A DNA stretch of 64,000 nucleotides, from the NCBI RefSeq assembly GCF_006345805.1, contig NC_043018.1:11036001-11100000 (forward strand). The letters are read 5' to 3'. Both the position numbers and the translations under genes were made by a program. The notes under the pieces were generated by a model. The model was not told the DNA's origin and did not search any database. It was given only the letters and a program-made list of their open reading frames with translations. This stretch comes from Octopus sinensis (lineage: Eukaryota). Below, piece by piece: positions 38,396-50,809 of the stretch (the first letter of the stretch is position 1; each line of letters starts with the position of its first letter).

Positions 38396-39286
38396 AAAAA
38401 ATGGAACTACAAAGCTATCGCCATTAATTGGCTTCCTAGTTTTGAAAACAAATCACGCTGCGAACGCGTTATCGTAGTAGACGTCTACCAATTCCTACAT
38501 GAATCCCTTGTAAAAACTCTGGAAGCTTTTAGAAAATTTTCCGCCATTGGTGAATTCGATACCAAGAGAGAAAATGCTTGGAAATTGAATTCATACCATG
38601 GGAATTGCAACAGGATCATAAAAGAATGGAACAGTCTGTTTAATGTATGTATGAGTCGCTAAGACAGAGTGGAAGTTTCTGACCACACAACACTGTTCTT
38701 TGTATATGTCTTCGGGAAACAAACCACCGTTGCATTGTACTAGACTGTACAAAGACTGTCCTTGAATAGCAGCGACATAGACTGATTCAGGAAAGATTAA
38801 ACAGGAATATTCAAGGCATTTTGGTCATACATTAAAACCAAGATCAAGATCAAACTAGCAATAGCTAAATATTTAGACAATATGTTAGTTTAAACCAGAG
38901 GCAAACATTACTCTTTAAGAAAGATAAAAGAGGCGTCTTTATTCAAACCAGCCGACGATTGTTATTAGGTATCTTTTAAATACACGAGTTTCTAACATAT
39001 CATCTAACTTATCATTGCTAAGAAATATGACAGAACTATAGATGCAAGAAGTGACTTTAGTGAGAAATTAGAATATAAGGTACAACCCAATATACACAGC
39101 TACAGGGTCTGGGATTAGAAAGTAATCTGTTTCAGCATTCATCGTCGACCGACGGAGTTCCACAAACTTTAAACAGACACACAGACACATAAACACATAC
39201 ACACACGGCTCTAAAGCTTCGAGTAATGGATATTATCCTTGCTATTAATAGACAAATTCCCCTTCATACCCTCTTTCTATCTATCT

Positions 39287-41875
39287 GGCCCTCGACCAAC
39301 ACTTCAACGCCAACACGAAGGGTGTGTTGTCAGAGCTAGGATGCGTGCTCTAAAGAACAAAGGTGTTGGAGCTGCGCAAGAGGCCCGGGTGGCGGAGTCG
39401 CAACAGGGCAGCAAAGCCACAATTCGGTCTCTGGTAAATGAACAGAGGTGCGAACTACTCGAGCCAAGTAAAATGTGTGAGGTCTTTCAACAGCATTTTG
39501 CCCGACTGTTCGGAACGAGCGGCGAGCGAGAACGCAGGATGGACTTCAGTGCCTATCTGCACAGCTTGCCACGATTCTTGACAAGAAAGGCAGGGTGCTG
39601 CGAAGGTGCCATCACGGCGGCGGAAGTGCGGGACGCGATTGCAGAATGCTCGAGACGTCTTGGCAGCGGTGTACTGCAACTGACAGCAAAACGGAGCATA
39701 CCCGGTTTTGTGAGCCGAGGAGCCGTAACGCTGCTGAAGAAAGATCCAAACAAGAGGGACGTAATAGATAACTTCAGGCCCATCAATCTGCTCAATGCAG
39801 ACTTGAAAATTTTGGCCAAGGTGTTAGCCAAGAGGTTGGCTCTTGTCATTGAGAATTTGGTCGACAAGGCGCAAACTTGCGCCGTGCCGGGCCGGGGCAT
39901 CCATGACAACCTCCATTTGATGCACTACATCATAGACAGGGTAGTTAACGAACCTGGCATGGGTGGGTCCCTGATCAACTTGGATTAATCCAAAGCTTTC
40001 AATAGAGTAGACCATCGATACTTGGAGGCTGTTCTCATAGCAGCTGGTTTCGGTCCCGTCTTCCGCGGCTGGATAGCTGCTTTGTACAGAGGCATCCGTT
40101 CGGTGATTCGTGAAAATGGACATCTATCGAGACCTTTCGACATTGCACGTTCGGTCCGTCAGGGATGCCCCCTCTCGTTGCTTCTATACGTATTGACTCT
40201 CGAGCCTCTACTGCGGAAGCTGGCGACGTTGAGGGGCATCCCGCGAGAATTGGGATGCGGGACGAGTTTGTCTGCATACGCGGACGACGTCACCGTCATA
40301 GTGACGCGTCGAGCTGGTCGGTCAGACACTGAAACACTACGAAGCGGTAAAAGGAGCGAAAATCATCCGGGAAAACTCAGTGGGCTTGCGGATCGGCACC
40401 TGGAGAAGCAAGCCTATACCGTCCACCAGCGCCTCCGTCGTGGAACGTTTGAACCGACGGTCCGCTCGAGTTGCTCGGGGTCTGGTTTGGTCCGGATCTC
40501 CAAACGGAAATGAACTGGAACGAGATAGCGAGTAGGTTGGCCCGGCAATTTGCCGAGAGGAAGCTGTCACTAAAAGGTCGGGCGGACGTGGCAAACACGT
40601 ACATCGCGTCCGTCATTTACTACCGCCTGACCGTCGTGCCTTGTCTCGACCCTACCATCACCAAACTAGAACGCATTCTCTTCCGCTTCTTGTGGAAAGG
40701 ATACGTCCCGATGGTCAGGCGATCACTTTGCTGCCAACATCCGTTAAAAGGAGGGCTGGGCATGAAGTCGCCGTTTGTGCGGCGCACTTTCCCGCAGCTC
40801 GTCTCCATGACCGAACTGCAGTCGTGGATCAAAAAGAGGTCGAGGAAGGGCGAATGGCACCGCGATTGTCGCTTTGCTCTCAAGCAACTATGATGCTCCG
40901 AGTCGACCTTGAGTGACTTCAACGCAACCAAAGCATTCTATAGAGAATTAGTGGAGGGGAGGAATGACGACGATCTCTAGGCGAACCTGGGCGAGGAATA
41001 CCTGACCCGCCTGTTCAAGACGACTTTCGGGCCGGGACCTATGGACAACTTCCATAGATCCCTGACCTGGCAGTGCTATCGAGAAGCGATAGCCGTTCGG
41101 GATAAGCTCTACAGGCATGGCTCGAGAAACACGCGGCCGACCTGCCCAAGATGCGATCAGAGCGACGAAACCGTCCAGCACGCACTCGTATAGTGTCCGA
41201 CCATTTCCGACCTGTGGGCCTATGTCGAACGACTGCTATCGCGTGTGGGACGAGTTAGTTCATCAACCGAGTCTATCGTGAATATTGTCGCGCCTCCTTC
41301 CTTCAAACGGGAAGGAAGAGCTATTTTTATCATACTTGTGGCTATAGCGAAAGAATGTGTATGGTGGACGCGTCTGAAAAGTCTAGAGACAAACACTTAC
41401 CTCTCTGGTCAATCTCTCATCAACTTCTTCAAGTATCACTTCAAGAGGAAGGTGAGAGTAGAGAGGGAAGTTTTGTCTAGTAAATGTTTCAAAAATAGAT
41501 GGGGGAATGTAGCAAGGATGGCACGTAAGAATGACGGAGCAAGCTTGAGCATAATCTTATGAACCAAAAAAAAAGAAAGGAAAAAAGAGAGTCACTTACT
41601 CTAATGCATTTTTTGCATGACATTATTGCCCGAGGCTACCGTGGTATTTTCTGTAGGCTTTTCTTTCCACGGATAAGCCTAATCTGTTTCCCCCTTTTAC
41701 ATCATGATATTTCTGTGATACACGATCCCTATTGATCGGCCCCTTTTTTTTAACGATCCCTTTTGATCCAATTTCTATGCTCCCTTTCCTTTTTTCCTTC
41801 TCTTCCCCAAAAAAGAAAATCTCTACTTTGTATTTTGTCCTCTGTGTTCTGCCCTGTGTGGCCAATAAAGGAACA
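39287..41875 (+). mobile_element. 5'-truncated Tx1/L1-like LINE; ORF2 pseudogene (39287-41562) plus 3' UTR
   Basis: RT motifs FRPINLLNADLKILAKVLAKRL, LD*SKAFNRVDH, RQGCPLSLLLYVLTLEPLL, AYADDVTV; CCHC CPRCDQSDETVQHALV*C; stop at 41560-41562; AATAAA at 41864-41869; several frameshifts and stops. Confidence 0.93.
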
Positions 41876-41953
<78 letters not shown>

Positions 41954-41955
41954 TA

Positions 41956-41988
<33 letters not shown>

Positions 41989-42020
41989 GTATCTGTCTGT
42001 TGGTTGTCTATCTGTGCGTA

Positions 42021-42063
<43 letters not shown>

Positions 42064-42190
42064 CTATATATATATACTATATATATATATAATATATATA
42101 TATACATATACACATTATATAAATTATATATATTTTACATATATAATTATATAAATATATATATATATATATATATACATTATTGGTGAA
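41876..42190. repeat. (TATC)n then (TGTC)n and (TA)n
   Basis: Direct reading. Confidence 0.93.
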
Positions 42191-42678
42191 TTGAGAAATG
42201 GAGCTGAACGACGCAGATTGAACAGAAATCGTTTTTTTTTCATTCTACAGTGTGTTCGAAAGGCACAAATACCAAAATCCGATTGAATAATGGGACCATA
42301 TTGTGTCTTTCTCTTCAGAAGAAAAAAGGAAATCCGTTGGAAAAACCAAAACAGAACAGAGGCGGAGCAAAAAACACTGCTGTGATTTTTGCTACTAAGG
42401 TATCGGTTAAACTTTTGATTAATCTACTACAAGATTATTCATCTTTCTATTTCACATAATATATATATATAATATATATATATAATATATATACACGCAC
42501 ATATATAAATGAATATGGATATATACCTTATATGTATGTGTATATATGTATATACATCTGCTCTGTATCTATTTCTCTGTATATTTATGTATATGTCAGA
42601 ATGTATATATATATATTTATATATATATATATATATATACATACATATATGTGTGTGTGTGTGTTTGTGTGTTTGTGC

Positions 42679-42713
<35 letters not shown>

Positions 42714-43154
42714 CACACACACATATGTATGCATCTACGTATAAACTCCTATTCCTACAAATTCTTCCCATTTGCCTACATCCGTGCATTCATACACACG
42801 TGGGTGTGTGTGTGTGTGTTTGTATTCCAGTGTTCCGCCGCTGGCATCGCTCGGCAGCTGTCAGTCGTTATCATCATTAGAAACGGTGAATGATAATTGA
42901 TGATTATTAAGAAATTAAAGTAGAGCAAAATATCAGAAACGGTTAATTAAAATAGATTAATGCTACACCACCCTCCGCCACATACGTTCAAATGATGTTC
43001 TGCTGCCTTCAAAAGTAGGGGCATTCATCGGATAATGCAGTGTTAGATATTCGTTGGTCCCTGGAGGAAGCTGGAATGGTCGTTGATGGACGCAGCTGAA
43101 CAAATGTCTGCTAAAAAGGGCTGACAAAGCAACATCAGCAGCAGCAGCAGCAGC

Positions 43155-43190
<36 letters not shown>

Positions 43191-43204
43191 AGCAGCAGCA
43201 GCAG

Positions 43205-43626
43205 ACAGACGAAATGCCTATTTCTTTACTACCCACAAGGGGCTAAACATAGAGGGGATAAACAAGGGCAGACAAACGGATTAAGTCGATTATATCGACC
43301 CCAGTGCATTACTGGTACTTATTTAATCGACTCCGAAAGGATGAAAGGCAAAGTCGACCTCGGCGGAATTTGAACTCAGAACGTAACGGCAGACGAAATA
43401 CCTATTTCTTTACTACCCACAAGGGGCTAAACACAGAGAGGACAAACAAGACAGACAAACGGATTAAGTCGATTATATCGACCCCAGTCTTCAGCAGTAA
43501 CTACCCCGAAAGGATGAAAGGCAAAGTCGACCTCGGTGGAATTTGAACTCAGAACGTAGCGGCAGATGAAATATCGCTAAGCATTTCGCCCGGCATGCTA
43601 ACGATTCTGCCAGCTCCCACCGCCTT
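43205..43626 (-). mobile_element. SINE A multimer: head-body-tail / body-tail / 15 nt of body
   Basis: Tail-to-body junctions at 43395-43408 and 43211-43224. Confidence 0.9.
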
Positions 43627-43771
43627 CACACACCATCACATTCGCATACACACATATATTACAGAATATACTCGAGTAATATAAATAATTAAAAAAAAAA
43701 TTGCTTATAAAAGCCAGCCTGGGACCAACGAAGTACTGGTACCAGTCATATTCTTTTATACTTTTTTCTTT

Positions 43772-44330
43772 TTTCAGTCATTTGACTGCGGCCATACTGG
43801 AGCACCGACCTTAGTCGAACAAATCGACTCAGGACTTATTCTTTGTAAGCCTAGTACTTATTCTATCGGTTTCTTTTGCTGAACTGCTCAGTGACGGGGA
43901 TGTAAGCACACCAGCATCGGTTGTCAAGCGATGGTGGAGGGGACAAACATAGACACACAAACATATACATACACACACATAGTTGAAATTTACAGAAAAA
44001 TAAAAGACAAATACAGGTGTATAAACAACAAGCAGGTGCTTGATACTCGGGAAGGTGAGAGAGTCTTTTACGTTTCGAGCCTACGCTCTTCAACAGGAAG
44101 GAAAACGAGGAAATAAACAGAGAGAGAATTTAAAAAAAAAATTTGGAACTAGTGGTCAGTCTTGACGGCTAGCTACGACGGGCTTCTTTCAGTTTCCGTC
44201 TACCAAATCCACTCACAAGGTTTTGGTCGGCCCGAGGCTTTATTAGAAGACGCTTGCCCAAGGTGCCACGCAGTGGGACTGAACCCGGAACCATGTGGTT
44301 GGTAAGCAAGCTACTTACCACACAGCCACG
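43772..44330 (-). mobile_element. SINE B split by a hammerhead unit (~43985-44165)
   Basis: Tail module 43772-43950, head module 44174-44330. Confidence 0.88.
44063..44100 (-). ncRNA. Minimal hammerhead-like motif, variant core
   Basis: CTGTTGA-A-GAGC(GTAG)GCTC-GAAA-CGTA^AAAGAC. Confidence 0.55.
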
Positions 44331-44714
44331 CTGTTCCACACCGTTTATATACACGTTCCATCATTGGTTTGCAACTCTCAAATCTTAGCCAGAGATGACC
44401 TAAAGAATGACTGAAATAATGGAAGAAGAGGATCGACTAATCAAAACCTAATAATGCGTTTCTACACTTATAATCGATATATTCAAACTAGACAATTATC
44501 AATAAAGATTGATCAAATTTGAATAACATTGATAGAATGTGTATTAAATGCCTCGTCACGTGGTAACTGGAAACTGTGGAATTATACTAATTTCATATTC
44601 AACAGTCTCCGTTCGACTGATTTGTTGCTAAGTCTTCGGAATACCATTTCATAGCACTAGTGGATTCTCCGTCAGTCTCGACGACGAGCACCCATCTTCC
44701 AGTTTGTCACTGAT

Positions 44715-44935
44715 TATCATTTATTTCTTTATTTCCCACAGGGGGCTAAACATAGAGGGGACAAACAAGGACAGACAAATGGATTAAGTCAATTACATCG
44801 ACCCCAGTGCGTAACTGGTACTTATTTAATCGACCTCGAAAGGATGAAAGGCAAAGTCGACCTCGGCGGAATTTGAACTCAGAACGAAATACCGCTAAGG
44901 ATTTCGCCCGGCGTGCTAACAATTCTGCCAGCTTT
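44715..44935 (-). mobile_element. Young SINE A with a small internal deletion
   Basis: Matches 21613-21846. Confidence 0.9.
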
Positions 44936-45921
44936 CCTTTATTGTAGATGCTAGGATGTTCGAGATTGTTCGAGATTTAAGCGTTATATCAAGCAATTTG
45001 CAGAACCACGTTACTCAAATTGCTAGAAATTACATAGTTATATTACTTTTCCTTCACCAGTGGCGCTACACACTCTTCGGTTGTGTTACGACTTACTTTT
45101 CACCAGTTACACTACTTAGACTTCGGCTGTGCTGCTACTTACCCTTCGGTCGTGACGACTTACCTTTCGGCAGTGACACAATCCTGCGGTAGTGTCACTA
45201 CATAATTTTAGACAGTGTCACAACTTCCCTTTCAGCAGAGTCACTGCTTACCCTCGCGACAAAAAGGCTCCAGTGTTACACGAGTATAAGTAGGGAAACT
45301 GCTGAAGACTGTGACAAGAAAATAAAAAAAAAAATGAAGAAAGCAACAGCAAAGCCTGAATCATTCTGCATTTTAGTTATAGCTCATGATACCCTTTTCT
45401 TAGAATTTGATTACGCGAACGGAATGACATCAATCGAATTCGAACAAAATGATTTTAACATTGAAAGCAAACGAAACACTTCACAATTTTACAATGATTT
45501 CGCTGTTAATAAAACGCAGCGTGGCGAACAATAAATGAAACCTGCAGTAATTATTTACACAGACATCAACTTTCTTGGTATGGGTTTTCATCAATATTAA
45601 AGAAGGAATCTCAGAATCCAGAGACGAGTATTCACTGATATCAAATCGTTAACAGACATGCCCCAGTCCCGGTTCTATGAGTGAACTGTCACCTCTCTGT
45701 CTTTTCTACTGTTACTCTAAGGATTTCTATTTCTCAGTGCCGGGTGGTATCGTAGCTCCATCAACCAAGCATTCGGCACCTACTCATTTTTCACTTTTCG
45801 TCACTCTTATTGCGTGTCACACCCTCGGCCCCTCACAAACCATTCCTTCTTCGATCGAGTGTTTCTGGAATTTCTCCTCTAATCCTTGAGTTTCCTGCTG
45901 GTGTTGACTTGCAAGAATTAA

Positions 45922-46034
45922 GGCCAACTTTGCCTTTCATCCTTTCGGAGTTGATTAAATAAGTACCAGTTACGCACTGGGGTGGTCGATGTAATCGACT
46001 TAATCCGTTTGTATGTCCTTGTCTGTCCTCTCTA
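45922..46034 (+). mobile_element. Doubly truncated young SINE A with a perfect 26-bp flanking direct repeat
   Basis: tgctggtgttgacttgcaagaattaa at 45896-45921 and 46035-46060. Confidence 0.88.
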
Positions 46035-46516
46035 TGCTGGTGTTGACTTGCAAGAATTAAAAGCTAACTTTAATGGCATCAAGTTCACCGGTCTTCGAGC
46101 GCCTACAAAAGTTATGAGCGATGTTTCCCCACCTCGTAGACTCAATAAGTAAAAAAACAACAACAAAAGAAACGCTAGCAGCCATGAATCTCAGAGTTTC
46201 TGGATTGGTGGTAGGAAGAAAGGAAAGAGAAAGCTGCTTTCAAATAGGTGTCCCGGTATGAATATTTGGAAAGAGAGTCGAGTCCCGTCCAGGTACCCAC
46301 GGGACAGACGGCAGTGTTAAACTAGACAACAGGTGAAGTCTGCAACAAAAATACAAGAACGGGCCCTCTGTTGGGATACGGCGTTTTCTGTCAACAAACT
46401 CTCATTCCCAAGGTTTTGGTCGACCTGTGCCTGTGCTAGAAGATTCTTGCTCAAGTTGCTGCTGGGTTGAACAGGACATGGAGCTAAACTTATGAACTGC
46501 TTATCAATACATTCAC

Positions 46517-46737
46517 CTAATTAAGAGCTGGTGAAGGATAAAATGACCGGTTTGTTGTGGGGATGTATCGATAACGGGGGTTGGGGGAGACAGTAGCGTT
46601 GATGTTGCTGGCCATTTTTTGATAACATCGATACTGGTCGATAATGTTGGAAAGAGAGATTAATGCCAGAAAGTACTGAAATCTTTGATGGTTTCTTGTC
46701 GACAGCTGATGAAGGGCTTTTCCCACTGTGAAAGTGC
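46517..46737 (-). other. Candidate exon of an unidentified host transcript
   Basis: Acceptor ttacag|G; unique sequence; two frames open almost to the end; AAAAAATGG start context inside; no recognisable homology. Confidence 0.25.
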
Positions 46738-48499
46738 CTGTAACATACGCACACACACTCAAATACCTACACACATACATACGCACATAGATACATACAC
46801 ACACATGCATAGATACCTCCATACTTCCATACATATAAATATACATAGATTCGTACACGTAACACAAAAATCCAAAACACATACATGCAAACTCACACAC
46901 AGATACGCACGCACACACACACAATATAGATGTATTAGTACGTTTCGGAAAGAAAGAAGAAAGAAAGAAAAATCCATACAAAATGGCGTCCGAAGTTACT
47001 TGTGGTCCACCATTTTGGGAATGTTACCAACGAATAAAATAAAAAAAAAAAATTAAAAACTAAAAAAAAGTAAAGAAAAGAATCTTTGCATCATGTCCGA
47101 TAATTAGATTTCTATTAAAGAAGAAAAGAAATAAAAATAAAAAAAGAAAACAAGTAAAACTAAACGAAAAAAAAACGCGCGAACGTGTATACTTACATCG
47201 ATTTAATCTCGCTCGATTTACACCATTTCTGTACAAATAAATCCTTCACACACATTTATTTGGTTAAAATTGCAACAGAGAAAAAAGAAACAGAAAATCA
47301 TCCCCAAAATATTAATGCTATTATAATGACAGCGCCTTGCAAAAACCTAATTTTCATGAACGAAGGAAGTAGAATGAGCCTATACGTGGTCGTGTGACGT
47401 GCTAGAAATACCACTCGAATATTCTTTAAGTTACATGGCTCAACTGACAGAAGAAAGGAAAGTTACAGATTGGATGGCATTGTGTAACGTGATCTTTGTC
47501 CTTGGGTCGCTACAGCTGTTTCCTATTTGCTTACCGCTTGAAAGTATGGAAAGTGACAAATGTTTCCTTCAAACTTTGCTTTTGATAAATCTATTCAAAC
47601 CCCAAAGAATCCCTCTCAACACATGGCTATAAAGCTCCCCCACAATTCCTGCTCATGATCAGAGATGCACATATTGTCAGCCGCTAAGAGACATGCTTGA
47701 GTGGTTAAGGTCAAGCAACTGACAAGCAAATCTGTGAAGGGAATAGTAGTCGTTTCCTTTGATTCCTAGATAGAAACAAATAGGAGATAACACAACAACA
47801 AGCAAAATCTGTGGTATTGAGCAGAATATTTGCTATAACAATATTAATGCTTCAGCAACTTAGCGCTGAATCTGTGTGAAATGTAATGGAAAATAGGTCA
47901 GTTTCAAACTGTTGATGTCCAAGTCACAAAAGCAAAGTTCGAAGGGAACAGTTGTGATTTCTTTTGATTTCTAATTGGAAGCAAAATAGGAAATAACACT
48001 TACTGACCAAAGACAAAAGGAAAAATAAAAATTTCGTTACACAGTGTAATGGAAAAAGAGACATTATTGGTCTCAGAGGCTGGTGATCAGAGGTTGGCTT
48101 TTCGACCACAGACACACACACACACACACAAACACACACATACGCACGCACCACACACACACACACGCACACGTACTCGCACACACGCACGCACACACAC
48201 ACGACAGGCTTGTCATATTTCCATCCACTAACTTCACTCACGAGTCATTGTTCGGCCGATCCAGGTTTACAGAGACACTTCTCCAAGCTAGGAAATGAAA
48301 CCAAAACGACGTGACTGCTGCGAAGCAAACGTCCTGACCACAGACCCATGCCGATATATTTTAGAGGAATAGCAGCTTTTCATCCGTCCTTACGTTCTGA
48401 GTTCAAATTCCGCCGAGGTCGATTTTGTCTTTCATCCTTTCGGGGTCGATAAAATAAGTACCAGTTGATATTTTGATCTAAAATGAATTTATGTCTCCG

Positions 48500-48830
48500 T
48501 AATAGAGTCAGTTTTGTTATACGGTGCTGAAACTTTGACCCTCACCAAAAAGCTTGAGAAACAGATAGACGGCTGCTACACAAGAATCTCAAGAATGGCG
48601 CTGAATGTTACATGGAGAATCCAATTGACCAATGAGCAGCTTTATCAAGGTCTACCCAAAGCGACTGTGAAGATTCAGCAGAAAAGAATGAGAATTGATG
48701 GCCATTGTGTCAGGCGACCAGAAGAAGATGTGTGTCAACTGGTCTTGTGGCAGGAAGTTGAAGGAAGAACCAACAGGGGAAGAAAACGTCTGTATGTGTG
48801 TGTGTGTGTGTGTGACAGAGAGAGAGAGAG

Positions 48831-48867
<37 letters not shown>

Positions 48868-49040
48868 AAAGAGAGAGAGAGAGAAAGAAAGAGAGAGAGA
48901 GAGAGAGAGTGGAGCACGGAATTTATGTGGACAATTTGCTTCAGGACAGTGGAATGGTAAATGTTGACAAATTAAGAACAAGCATGGGGGACCGTGACGG
49001 ATGATGTGCTCAAGCGAAATCATTGAAGCGTCCAGGAGAA
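48500..49040 (+). pseudogene. RTE-clade LINE C-terminal fragment interrupted by (TG)n(AG)n
   Basis: LYGAETLTLTKKLEKQIDGCYTRISRMALNVTW...TNEQLY...GHCVR...LVLWQ..EG.TNRGR; preceded by an old SINE A at ~48375-48470. Confidence 0.85.
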
Positions 49041-49205
49041 CGGCCAAACTAAGAGATCAACGTTGCACTGATGTCCAATTGCGGTTAGGTACCCAAATGC
49101 GGGTGGGACACCCAATGTCGAGTTCCAAATAACTACAACGATGAAACGTACGTAGGAACTAAATATTTATACTGGTCTTATCTTGATTTTCCGCCGTATG
49201 GCAAT

Positions 49206-49241
<36 letters not shown>

Positions 49242-49812
49242 GTATGCATGTGTGTGTGTATGTATATATATGTACACATACACACACACACACATATATA
49301 TTTATATATGTGTGTGTGTGTATGTGTGTGTTTTGCATTTATGTGCTTACAGGTGTGTAGATATATACATTACTCATGTATATATATATATATATATATA
49401 TAATTCTGTTTGTCATACTTAACGTAGATATATTGTTGAAAGCCCTTAAAACTGCAGTATTCGTCCCGAGAAAGCATCTCGAATAGCCGTATAGTAGTAT
49501 TAAAGAATAGAACTATATTTCTTTAAGTGATATCAGTAGTAAGCAGCTACTAGACACCGCATGCTTACGCAAATTATATTAAACATCATTTTATCAAAAT
49601 TTTCATATTTTATGTAAAAATAATTTATAAACATAACATATAAAACACAAACTAAGAACTACGAAGAATATATTAATATATTAATGTATTAATATATTCA
49701 TAAAACTTAGCATGTACAAAATCACGACAATTAAAAATAAACCAAAGTCAAATTAGAATAATGAATACATATTAAAGAGAAATCTAAATCTATTTTTGCA
49801 GTACGATTAGAA

Positions 49813-50055
49813 CAGTGGTCCCCAAAGTGTGGGCAGTATTGCCCTCCTCCTGGGGGCGGTGGAAAGTGGGGGCAATAATGGGGGTAGTGATTCATGTAGA
49901 AACAACAAAATAAAGGGTTGATTAGGTTAAACAGTTGCTTTGAATTTGTTTCAGAAAGGGGTCTGTGCTTGTGATGGTTATTTGGGGTGGGGTTGCTAGG
50001 GATTGTGGTTCGAGTGTCAAGGGGGCGGCAGGCCGAAAAAACTTGGGAACCACTG
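49813..50055. mobile_element. hAT (Charlie-like) MITE, 243 bp
   Basis: TIRs CAGTGGTCCCCAA / TTGGGAACCACTG; degenerate 8-bp TSD gattagaa / atatagaa. Confidence 0.82.
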
Positions 50056-50079
50056 ATATAGAACAATATTGGTTTCAAA

Positions 50080-50550
50080 TTTTGTCACAAGGCCAGCAGT
50101 TTCGGGGGGTGGGGGTTAAATCGACTATATCGACCCCAGTTCTCCACTGGTACTTATTTTACCGATCCCGGAGGGATGTAAGGCAAAGTCGACATCGGCG
50201 GAGTTTGAACTCAGAACGTTGTGAGAGGCGAAGAGCCGCTAAACATTTTTGGTCGGCGCGCTTAAGATTTTGCCGGCTTACCACCTTTAAATAGAAAAAT
50301 ATTCTTTTTTTTTCTACCCACAAGGGGCTAAACACAGAGGGGACAAACAAGGACAAACAAACGGATTAAGTCGAGTACATCGACCCCAGTGCGTAACTGG
50401 TACTTAATTTATCGACCCCGGAGGGATGTAAGGCAAAGTCGACATCGGCGGAGTTTGAACTCAGAACGTTGTGAGAAGCAAAGAGCCGCTAAAGATTTTC
50501 GGTCGGCGTGCTTAAGATTTTGCCGGCTCACTACCTTTAAATAGCAAGAT
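50080..50550 (-). mobile_element. SINE A dimer: locus-specific old head+body duplicated around a young tail
   Basis: Private variants (ggagggatgtaagg, gacatcggcggagttt, gttgtgaga) present in both 50163-50300 and 50416-50550. Confidence 0.88.
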
Positions 50551-50809
50551 ATTGATTAACAAACCACCGTTGTCGCAATGAGTCGGCAGGCTGGATAAAA
50601 ATTTGCTATTTGTGACGGAAGCATTTTTCGATCCTGTAAATTTTCGATTTCCATGCACATTGTTCTTTCCACACAACAATACGCCATTTATTCAATTATT
50701 TTTGCTTTGAAATTTATTTATTTATTTATTTGATTGTACTTTTGTTGCAAATTCTTTATTTAAAACTAATTAATTATGGTTGGTTGATCGAGAGTCAAGT
50801 TTCAATAAC

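Noticed and set aside
46705-46735. CTGATGAAGGG...GAAAGT as a hammerhead
   Set aside because: Five extra bases separate stem II from GAAA and no stem I/III pairing can be drawn.
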